Source: Eledone cirrhosa
Taxonomy: Eukaryota
Direction: 5' to 3'
NCBI GenBank assembly: GCA_964016885.1
Contig: OZ024743.1
Coordinates: forward strand, 135,532,001-135,596,000
DNA: 64,000 nucleotides
Shown: positions 50,601-61,100 of the stretch, in pieces
How positions within the stretch are numbered: the stretch's first letter is position 1
How the letters are laid out: each line of letters begins with the position of its first letter
Notes under the pieces: generated by a model
Databases searched by the model: none
What the model saw: the letters and a program-made list of their open reading frames with translations, nothing else
What the model was told of the DNA's origin: nothing
Made by a program: the position numbers and the translations under genes

Positions 50601-51900
50601 TTGGTTCTTGGTTCTTGGTGTTTGGTACTTGGTGCTTGGTGCTTGGTGCTTGGTGTTTGGTGCTTGGTGTTTGGTGCTTGTTGCTTGGTGTTTGGTGCTT
50701 GGTGTTTGGTGTTTGGTGCTTGGTGCTTGGTGTTTGGTGTTTGGTGTTTGCTGTTTGGTGTTTGGTGCTTGGTGTTTGCTGTTTGCTGTTTGGTGTCTGC
50801 TTTTTGGTGTTTGGTGTTTGCTGTATGGTGTTTGCTGTTTTGGTGTTTGGTGTTTGCTGTTTGGTGTTTGGTCTGTGGTGCTTGGTGTTTGGTGCTTGGT
50901 GCTTGGTGTTTGGTGTTTGGTGCTTGCTGTTTGGTGTTTGGTGTTTGGTGCTTGGTGCTTGGTGCTTGGTGTTTGGTGTTTGGTGTTTGGTGCTTGGTGT
51001 CTGGTGCTTGGTGCTTGGTGTTTGGTGCTTGGTGTTTGGTGTTTGGTGTTTGGTGCTTGGTGCTTGGTGCTTGGTGTTTGGTGTTTGGTGCTTGGTGTTT
51101 GGTGTTTGGTGCTTGTTGCTTGGTGCTTGGTGCTTGGTGTTTGGTGCTTGGTGCTTGGTGTTTGGTGCTGGGTGCTGGGTGCTTGGTGTTTGGTGCTTGG
51201 TGCTTGGTGCTTGGTGTTTGTTGCTTGGTGCTTGGTGCTTGGTCTTTGGTGCTTGGTGTTTGCTGTTTGGTGCTTGGTGCTTGGTGCTTCGTGTTTGGTG
51301 CTTGGTGATTAGTGTTTGGTGCTTGGTGCTTGGGGTTTGGTGTTTGGTGCTTGGTGCTTGGTGTTTGGTGCTTGGTACTTGGTGTTTGGTTCTTGGTGTT
51401 TGGTGTTTGCTGTTTGGTGTTTGGTGTTTGGTGTTTGGTGTTTGCTGTTTGGTGTCTGCTTTTTGGTGTTTGGTGTTTGCTGTATGGTGTTTGCTGTTTC
51501 GTGTTTAGTGTTTGCTGTTTGGTGTTTGGTGCTTGGTGCCTGGTGTTTGGTGCTTGGTGCTTGGTGCTGGGTGGTTGGTGTTTGGTGCTTGGTGTTTGGT
51601 GCTGGGTGCTTGGTGTTTGGTGCTTGGTGCTTGGTGTTTGGTGCTTGGTGTTTGGTGTTTGGTGCTTGGTGCTTGGTGTTTGGTGCTTGGTGCCTGGTGT
51701 TTTGTGCTTGGTGCTTAGTGTTTGGTGCTAGATGCTTGGGGTTTGGTGTTTGGTGCTTGGTGTTTGGTGCTTGTTGCTTGGTGTTTGGTGTTTGGTGTTT
51801 GGTGCTTGGTGCTTGGTATTTGGTGTTTGATGTTTGCTGTTTGGTGTTTGTTGTTTGGTGTTTGTTGTTTGGTGTTTGCTGTTTGGTGTTTGGTGTTTGG
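41650..51900. repeat. Four related units of variable length (offsets ~3106, 2735, 2246 bp)
   Basis: Homologous ORF starts 41977, 45083, 47818, 50064 and 43218, 46324, 49073, 51312. Minus-strand ORFs 45076, 47811 and 50057 are near-identical. Confidence 0.85.
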
Positions 51901-51909
51901 TGTTTGCTG

Positions 51910-54900
51910 TTTGGTGTCTGCTTTTTGGTGTTTGGTGTTTGCTGTATGTTGTTTGCTGTTTGGTGTTTGGTGTTTGGTATTTGGTGTTTGGTGCTTGGTG
52001 CTTGGTGTTTGGTGCTTGGATCTTGGTGTTTGGTGCCTGGTGCTTGGAGTTTGGTATTTGGTGCTTGTTGCTTGGTGTTTTGTGTTTGGTGTTTGGTTTT
52101 TGGTGCTTGGTGCTTGGTGCTTGGTCCTTGGTGTTTGGTGCTGGGTGCTTTGTGTTTGGTGCTTGGTGCTTCGTGCTTGGTGTTTGGTCTTTGCTGCTTG
52201 GTGTTTGGTGCTTGGTGCTTGGTGCTTGGTGTTTTGAGTTTGGTGCTTGGTGCTTGGTGTTTGGTGCTTGGTGCTTGGTGCTTGGTGTTTGTACTTGGTG
52301 CTTGGTGCTTGGTGTTTGGTTCTTGGTTCTTGGTGTTTGGTACTTGGTGCTTGGTGCTTGGTGCTTGGTGTTTGGTGCTTGGTGTTTGGTGCTTGTTGCT
52401 TGGTGTTTGGTGCTTGGTGTTTGGTGTTTGGTGCTTGGTGTTTGCTGTTTGCTGTTTGGTGTTTGGTGTTTGCTGTTTGCTGTTTGGTGTCTGCTTTTTG
52501 GTGTTTGGTGTTTGTTGTTTGGTGTTTGGTCTTTGGTGCTTGGTGTTTGGTGCTTGGTGCTTGGTGTTTGGTGTTTGATGTTTGGTGCTTGGTGTTTGGT
52601 GTTTGGTGTTTGGTGCTTGGTGCTTGGTGCTTGGTGTTTGGTGTTTGGTGCTTGGTGTCTGGTGCTTGGTGTTTGGTGTTTGGTGCTTGGTGTTTGGTGT
52701 TTGGTGTTTGGTGCTTGGTGCTAGGTGCTTGGTGTTTGGTGCTTGGTGTTTGGTGTTTGGTCCTTGTTGCTTGGTGCTTGGTGCTTGGTGTTTGGTGCTT
52801 GATGCTTGGTGTTTGGTGCTGGGTGCTGGGTGCTTGGTGTTTGGTGCTTGGTGCTTGGTGCTTGGTGTTTGGTGCTTGGTGCTTGGTGCTTGGTCTTTGG
52901 TGCTTGGTGTTTGGTGTTTGGTGCTTGGTGCTTGGTGCTTGGTGATTGGTGCTTGGTGATTAGTGTTTGGTATTTGGTGCTTGGGGTTTGGTGTTTGGTG
53001 CTTGGCGCTTGGTGTTTGGTGCTTGGTACTTGGTGTTTGGTGCTTGGTGTTTGGTGTTTGCTGTTTGGTGTTTGGTGTTTGGTGTTTGGTGTTTGGTGTT
53101 TGGTGTTTGCTGTTTGGTGTCTGCTTTTTGGTGTTTGGTGTTTGCTGTATGGTGTTTGCTGTTTCGCGTTTGGTGTTTGCTGTTTGGTGTTTGCTGTTTG
53201 CTGTTTGGTGTTTGGTCTTTGGTGCTTGGTGTTTGGTGCTTGGTGCTTGGTGTTTGGTGTTTGGTGCTTGGTGTTTGGTGTTTGGTGTTTGGTGCTTGGT
53301 GTTTGGTGTTTGGTGCCTGGTGTTTGGTGCTGGGTGCTTGGTGTTTAGTGCTTGGCGCTTGGTGCTTGGTGTTTCGTGTTTGGTGCTTGGTGCTTGTTGT
53401 TTGGTGTTATATGCTTGGTGTTTGATGCTTGGTGCTTGGTGCTTGGTGTTTGGTGTTTGGTGCTTGGTGTTTGATGCTTGGTGTTTGATGCTTGGTGCTT
53501 GGTGCTTTGTGTTTGGTGCTTGGTGCTTGGTGTTTGTACTTGGTGCTTGGTGCTTGGTTCTTGGTGTTTGGTGCTTGGTGTTTGGTGCTTGGTGCTTTGT
53601 GTTTGGTGCTTGGTGTTTGGTGCTTCGTATTTGGTGCTTGGTGCCTGGTGCTTGGTGCTTGGTGCTTGGTGTTTGGTGCTTGGTGTTTGGTGCTTGGTGT
53701 TAGGTGTTTGATGCTTGGTGCTTGGTGTTTGGTGCTTGGTGTTTTGTGCTTGGTGCTTGGTGTTTGGTGTTTGGTGCTTGGTGTTTGGTGCTTGCTACTT
53801 GGTGCTTGGTGCTTGGTGTTAGGTGTTTGGTGCTTGGTGCTTGGTGTTTGGTTTTTGGTGCTTGGTGCTTGGTGTTTGGTGTTTGGTGCTTGCTGCTGGC
53901 TGCTTGGTGATTGGTGCTTGGTGTTTAGTGCTTGGTGTTTGGTGTTTGGTGCTAGGTGCTTGGTGCTTGGTGTTTGGTGCTTGGTGCTTGGTGTTTGGTG
54001 TTTGGTGTTTGGTGCTTGGTGCTTGGTGTTTGGTGCTTGGTGCTTGGTGCTGGGTGGTTGGTGTTTGGTGCTTGGTGTTTGGTGCTGGGTGCTTGGTGTT
54101 TGGTGCTTGGTGCTTGGTGCTTGGTGCTTGGTGTTTGGTGTTTGGTGCTTGGTGCTTGGTGTTTGGTGCTTGGTGCTTGGTGTTTGGTGCTTGGTGCTTC
54201 GTGTTTGGTGCTAGGTGCTTGGGGTTTGGTGTTTGGTGCTTGGTGTTTGGTGTTTGGTGTTTGGTGCTTGGTGCTTGGTATTTGGTGTTTGCTGTTTGCT
54301 GTTTGGTGTTTGTTGTTTGGTGTTTGTTGTTTGGTGTTTGCTGTTTGGTGTTTGGTGTTTGGTGTTTGCTGTTTGGTGTCTGCTTTTTGGTGTTTGGTGT
54401 TTGCTGTATGTTGTTTGCTGTTTGGTGTTTGGTGTTTGGTGCTTGGTGTTTGGTGCTTGGTGCTTGGTGTTTGGTGCTTGTTGCTTGGTGTTTGGTGCCT
54501 AGTGCTTGGTGCTTGGTGTTTGGTGTTTGGTGCTTGGTGCTTGGTGATTTGTGTTTGGTTTTTGGTGCTTGGTGCTTGGTGCTTGGTCCTTGGTGTTTGG
54601 TACTGGGTGCTTTGTGTTTGGTGCTTGGTGCTTTGTGCTTGGTGTTTGGTGTTTGCTGCTTGGTGTTTGGTGCTTGGTGCTTGATGCTTGGTGTTTTGTG
54701 TTTGGTGCTTGGTGCTTGGTGTTTGGTGCTTGGTGCTTGGTGCTAGGTGTTTGTACTTGGTGCTTGGTGTTTGGTTCTTGGTTCTTGGTGTTTGGTACTT
54801 GGTGCTTGGTGCTTGGTGCTTGGTGTTTGGTGCTTGGTGTTTGGTGCTTGGTGCTTGGTGTTTGGTGCTTGGTGTTTGGTGTTTGGTGCTTGGTGCTTGG

Positions 54901-57900
54901 TGTTTGCTGTTTGCTGTTTGCTGTTTGGTGTTTGGTGTTTGCTGTTTGCTGTTTGGTGTCTGCTTTTTGGTGTTTGGTGTTTGCTGTATGGTGTTTGCTG
55001 TTTGGTGTTTGGTGTTTGGTATTTGGTGTTTGGTGCTTGGTGCTTGGTGTTTGGTGCTTGGATCTTGGTGTTTGGTGCCTGGTGCTTGGAGTTTGGTGTT
55101 TGGTGCTTGTTGCTTGGTGTTTTGTGTTTGGTGTTTGGTTTTTGGTGCTTGGTGCTTGGTGCTTGGTCCTTGGTGTTTGGTGCTGGGTGCTTTGTGTTTG
55201 GTGCTTGGTGCTTCGTGCTTGGTGTTTGGTCTTTGCTGCTTGGTGTTTGGTGCTTGGTGCTTGGTGCTTGGTGTTTTGAGTTTGGTGCTTGGTGCTTGGT
55301 GTTTGGTGCTTGGTGCTTGGTGCTTGGTGTTTGTACTTGGTGCTTGGTGCTTGGTGTTTGGTTCTTGGTACTTGGTGTTTGGTACTTGGTGCTTGGTGCT
55401 TGGTGCTTGGTGTTTGGTGCTTGGTGTTTGGTGCTTGTTGCTTGGTGTTTGGTGCTTGGTGTTTGGTGTTTGGTGCTTGGTGTTTGCTGTTTGCTGTTTG
55501 GTGTTTGGTGTTTGCTGTTTGCTGTTTGGTGTCTGCTTTTTGGTGTTTGGTGTTTGTTGTTTGGTGTTTGGTCTTTGGTGCTTGGTGTTTGGTGCTTGGT
55601 GCTTGGTGTTTGGTGTTTGATGTTTGGTGCTTGGTGTTTGGTGTTTGGTGTTTGGTGCTTGGTGCTTGGTGCTTGGTGTTTGGTGTTTGGTGCTTGGTGT
55701 CTGGTGCTTGGTGTTTGGTGTTTGGTGCTTGGTGTTTGGTGTTTGGTGTTTGGTGCTTGGTGCTAGGTGCTTGGTGTTTGGTGCTTGGTGTTTGGTGTTT
55801 GGTCCTTGTTGCTTGGTGCTTGGTGCTTGGTGTTTGGTGCTTGATGCTTGGTGTTTGGTGCTGGGTGCTGGGTGCTTGGTGTTTGGTGCTTGGTGCTTGG
55901 TGCTTGGTGTTTGGTGCTTGGTGCTTGGTGCTTGGTCTTTGGTGCTTGGTGTTTGGTGTTTGGTGCTTGGTGCTTGGTGCTTGGTGATTGGTGCTTGGTG
56001 ATTAGTGTTTGGTACTTGGTGCTTGGGGTTTGGTGTTTGGTGCTTGGCGCTTGGTGTTTGGTGCTTGGTACTTGGTGTTTGGTGCTTGGTGTTTGGTGTT
56101 TGCTGTTTGGTGTTTGGTGTTTGGTGTTTGGTGTTTGGTGTTTGGTGTTTGCTGTTTGGTGTCTGCTTTTTGGTGTTTGGTGTTTGCTGTATGGTGTTTG
56201 CTGTTTCGCGTTTGGTGTTTGCTGTTTGGTGTTTGCTGTTTGCTGTTTGGTGTTTGGTCTTTGGTGCTTGGTGTTTGGTGCTTGGTGCTTGGTGTTTGGT
56301 GTTTGGTGCTTGGTGTTTGGTGTTTGGTGTTTGGTGCTTGGTGTTTGGTGTTTGGTGCCTGGTGTTTGGTGCTGGGTGCTTGGTGTTTAGTGCTTGGCGC
56401 TTGGTGCTTGGTGTTTCGTGTTTGGTGCTTGGTGCTTGTTGTTTGGTGTTATATGCTTGGTGTTTGATGCTTGGTGCTTGGTGCTTGGTGTTTGGTGTTT
56501 GGTGCTTGGTGTTTGATGCTTGGTGTTTGATGCTTGGTGCTTGGTGCTTGGTGTTTGGTGCTTGGTGCTTGGTGTTTGTACTTGGTGCTTGGTGCTTGGT
56601 TCTTGGTGTTTGGTGCTTGGTGTTTGGTGCTTGGTGCTTTGTGTTTGGTGCTTGGTGTTTGGTGCTTCGTATTTGGTGCTTGGTGCCTGGTGCTTGGTGC
56701 TTGGTGCTTGGTGTTTGGTGCTTGGTGTTTGGTGCTTGGTGTTAGGTGTTTGATGCTTGGTGCTTGGTGTTTGGTGCTTGGTGTTTTGTGCTTGGTGCTT
56801 GGTGTTTGGTGTTTGTGCTTGGTGTTTGGTGCTTGCTACTTGGTGCTTGGTGCTTGGTGTTAGGTGTTTGGTGCTTGGTGCTTGGTGTTTGGTTTTTGGT
56901 GCTTGGTGCTTGGTGTTTGGTGTTTGGTGCTTGCTGCTGGCTGCTTGGTGATTGGTGCTTGGTGTTTAGTGCTTGGTGTTTGGTGTTTGGTGCTAGGTGC
57001 TTGGTGCTTGGTGTTTGGTGCTTGGTGCTTGGTGTTTGGTGTTTGGTGTTTGGTGCTTGGTGCTTGGTGTTTGGTGCTTGGTGCTTGGTGCTGGGTGGTT
57101 GGTGTTTGGTGCTTGGTGTTTGGTGCTGGGTGCTTGGTGTTTGGTGCTTGGTGCTTGGTGCTTGGTGCTTGGTGTTTGGTGTTTGGTGCTTGGTGCTTGG
57201 TGTTTGGTGCTTGGTGCTTGGTGTTTGGTGCTTGGTGCTTCGTGTTTGGTGCTAGGTGCTTGGGGTTTGGTGTTTGGTGCTTGGTGTTTGGTGTTTGGTG
57301 TTTGGTGCTTGGTGCTTGGTATTTGGTGTTTGCTGTTTGCTGTTTGGTGTTTGTTGTTTGGTGTTTGTTGTTTGGTGTTTGCTGTTTGGTGTTTGGTGTT
57401 TGGTGTTTGCTGTTTGGTGTCTGCTTTTTGGTGTTTGGTGTTTGCTGTATGTTGTTTGCTGTTTGGTGTTTGGTGTTTGGTGCTTGGTGTTTGGTGCTTG
57501 GTGCTTGGTGTTTGGTGCTTGTTGCTTGGTGTTTGGTGCCTAGTGCTTGGTGCTTGGTGTTTGGTGTTTGGTGCTTGGTGCTTGGTGATTTGTGTTTGGT
57601 TTTTGGTGCTTGGTGCTTGGTGCTTGGTCCTTGGTGTTTGGTACTGGGTGCTTTGTGTTTGGTGCTTGGTGCTTTGTGCTTGGTGTTTGGTGTTTGCTGC
57701 TTGGTGTTTGGTGCTTGGTGCTTGATGCTTGGTGTTTTGTGTTTGCTGCTTGGTGCTTGGTGTTTGGTGCTTGGTGCTTGGTGCTAGGTGTTTGTACTTG
57801 GTGCTTGGTGTTTGGTTCTTGGTTCTTGGTGTTTGGTACTTGGTGCTTGGTGCTTGGTGCTTGGTGTTTGGTGCTTGGTGTTTGGTGCTTGGTGCTTGGT

Positions 57901-60900
57901 GTTTGGTGCTTGGTGTTTGGTGTTTGGTGCTTGGTGCTTGGTGTTTGCTGTTTGCTGTTTGCTGTTTGGTGTTTGGTGTTTGCTGTTTGCTGTTTGGTGT
58001 CTGCTTTTTGGTGTTTGGTGTTTGCTGTATGGTGTTTGCTGTTTGGTGTTTGGTGTTTGGTATTTGGTGTTTGGTGCTTGGTGCTTGGTGTTTGGTGCTT
58101 GGATCTTGGTGTTTGGTGCCTGGTGCTTGGAGTTTGGTGTTTGGTGCTTGTTGCTTGGTGTTTTGTGTTTGGTGTTTGGTTTTTGGTGCTTGGTGCTTGG
58201 TGCTTGGTCCTTGGTGTTTGGTGCTGGGTGCTTTGTGTTTGGTGCTTGGTGCTTCGTGCTTGGTGTTTGGTCTTTGCTGCTTGGTGTTTGGTGCTTGGTG
58301 CTTGGTGCTTGGTGTTTTGAGTTTGGTGCTTGGTGCTTGGTGTTTGGTGCTTGGTGCTTGGTGCTTGGTGTTTGTACTTGGTGCTTGGTGCTTGGTGTTT
58401 GGTTCTTGGTTCTTGGTGTTTGGTACTTGGTGCTTGGTGCTTGGTGCTTGGTGTTTGGTGCTTGGTGTTTGGTGCTTGTTGCTTGGTGTTTGGTGCTTGG
58501 TGTTTGGTGTTTGGTGCTTGGTGTTTGCTGTTTGCTGTTTGGTGTTTGGTGTTTGCTGTTTGCTGTTTGGTGTCTGCTTTTTGGTGTTTGGTGTTTGTTG
58601 TTTGGTGTTTGGTCTTTGGTGCTTGGTGTTTGGTGCTTGGTGCTTGGTGTTTGGTTTTTGATGTTTGGTGCTTGGTGTTTGGTGTTTGGTGTTTGGTGCT
58701 TGGTGCTTGGTGCTTGGTGTTTGGTGTTTGGTGCTTGGTGTCTGGTGCTTGGTGTTTGGTGTTTGGTGCTTGGTGTTTGGTGTTTGGTGTTTGGTGCTTG
58801 GTGCTAGGTGCTTGGTGTTTGGTGCTTGGTGTTTGGTGTTTGGTCCTTGTTGCTTGGTGCTTGGTGCTTGGTGTTTGGTGCTTGATGCTTGGTGTTTGGT
58901 GCTGGGTGCTGGGTGCTTGGTGTTTGGTGCTTGGTGCTTGGTGCTTGGTGTTTGGTGCTTGGTGCTTGGTGCTTGGTCTTTGGTGCTTGGTGTTTGGTGT
59001 TTGGTGCTTGGTGCTTGGTGCTTGGTGATTGGTGCTTGGTGATTAGTGTTTGGTACTTGGTGCTTGGGGTTTGGTGTTTGGTGCTTGGCGCTTGGTGTTT
59101 GGTGCTTGGTACTTGGTGTTTGGTGCTTGGTGTTTGGTGTTTGCTGTTTGGTGTTTGGTGTTTGGTGTTTGGTGTTTGGTGTTTGGTGTTTGCTGTTTGG
59201 TGTCTGCTTTTTGGTGTTTGGTGTTTGCTGTATGGTGTTTGCTGTTTCGCGTTTGGTGTTTGCTGTTTGGTGTTTGCTGTTTGCTGTTTGGTGTTTGGTC
59301 TTTGGTGCTTGGTGTTTGGTGCTTGGTGCTTGGTGTTTGGTGTTTGGTGCTTGGTGTTTGGTGTTTGGTGTTTGGTGCTTGGTGTTTGGTGTTTGGTGCC
59401 TGGTGTTTGGTGCTGGGTGCTTGGTGTTTAGTGCTTGGCGCTTGGTGCTTGGTGTTTCGTGTTTGGTGCTTGGTGCTTGTTGTTTGGTGTTATATGCTTG
59501 GTGTTTGATGCTTGGTGCTTGGTGCTTGGTGTTTGGTGTTTGGTGCTTGGTGTTTGATGCTTGGTGTTTGATGCTTGGTGCTTGGTGCTTGGTGTTTGGT
59601 GCTTGGTGCTTGGTGTTTGTACTTGGTGCTTGGTGCTTGGTTCTTGGTGTTTGGTGCTTGGTGTTTGGTGCTTGGTGCTTTGTGTTTGGTGCTTGGTGTT
59701 TGGTGCTTCGTATTTGGTGCTTGGTGCCTGGTGCTTGGTGCTTGGTGCTTGGTGTTTGGTGCTTGGTGTTTGGTGCTTGGTGTTAGGTGTTTGATGCTTG
59801 GTGCTTGGTGTTTGGTGCTTGGTGTTTTGTGCTTGGTGCTTGGTGTTTGGTGTTTGGTGCTTGGTGTTTGGTGCTTGCTACTTGGTGCTTGGTGCTTGGT
59901 GTTAGGTGTTTGGTGCTTGGTGCTTGGTGTTTGGTTTTTGGTGCTTGGTGCTTGGTGTTTGGTGTTTGGTGCTTGCTGCTGGCTGCTTGGTGATTGGTGC
60001 TTGGTGTTTAGTGCTTGGTGTTTGGTGTTTGGTGCTAGGTGCTTGGTGCTTGGTGTTTGGTGCTTGGTGCTTGGTGTTTGGTGTTTGGTGTTTGGTGCTT
60101 GGTGCTTGGTGTTTGGTGCTTGGTGCTTGGTGCTGGGTGGTTGGTGTTTGGTGCTTGGTGTTTGGTGCTGGGTGCTTGGTGTTTGGTGCTTTGTGCTTGG
60201 TGCTTGGTGCTTGGTGTTTGGTGTTTGGTGCTTGGTGCTTGGTGTTTGGTGCTTGGTGCTTGGTGTTTGGTGCTTGGTGCTTCGTGTTTGGTGCTAGGTG
60301 CTTGGGGTTTGGTGTTTGGTGCTTGGTGTTTGGTGTTTGGTGTTTGGTGCTTGGTGCTTGGTATTTGGTGTTTGCTGTTTGCTGTTTGCTGTTTGTTGTT
60401 TGGTGTTTGTTGTTTGGTGTTTGCTGTTTGGTGTTTGGTGTTTGGTGTTTGCTGTTTGGTGTCTGCTTTTTGGTGTTTGGTGTTTGCTGTATGTTGTTTG
60501 CTGTTTGGTGTTTGGTGTTTGGTGCTTGGTGTTTGGTGCTTGGTGCTTGGTGTTTGGTGCTTGTTGCTTGGTGTTTGGTGCCTAGTGCTTGGTGCTTGGT
60601 GTTTGGTGTTTGGTGCTTGGTGCTTGGTGATTTGTGTTTGGTTTTTGGTGCTTGGTGCTTGGTGCTTGGTCCTTGGTGTTTGGTACTGGGTGCTTTGTGT
60701 TTGGTGCTTGGTGCTTTGTGCTTGGTGTTTGGTGTTTGCTGCTTGGTGTTTGGTGCTTGGTGCTTGATGCTTGGTGTTTTGTGTTTGGTGCTTGGTGCTT
60801 GGTGTTTGGTGCTTGGTGCTTGGTGCTAGGTGTTTGTACTTGGTGCTTGGTGTTTGGTTCTTGGTTCTTGGTGTTTGGTACTTGGTGCTTGGTGCTTGGT

Positions 60901-61100
60901 GCTTGGTGTTTGGTGCTTGGTGTTTGGTGCTTGGTGCTTGGTGTTTGGTGCTTGGTGTTTGGTGTTTGGTGCTTGGTGCTTGGTGTTTGCTGTTTGCTGT
61001 TTGCTGTTTGGTGTTTGGTGTTTGCTGTTTGCTGTTTGGTGTCTGCTTTTTGGTGTTTGGTGTTTGCTGTATGGTGTTTGCTGTTTGGTGTTTGGTGTTT
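51910..61100. repeat. Higher-order repeat, unit 3042 bp, 3 near-identical tandem copies
   Basis: ORF triplets 52247/55289/58330, 52963/56005/59046 and 54688/57729/60771. GATC marker at 52019, 55061, 58102. Copy 2 is 3041 bp owing to a single G deletion at ~56815. Confidence 0.95.

Noticed and set aside
56811-56820. Private 1-bp deletion in copy 2 of the 3042-bp unit (also the private 2-bp insertion at 3147-3155)
   Set aside because: These are single occurrences that cannot be distinguished from consensus error without reads; they are used only to explain offset changes.
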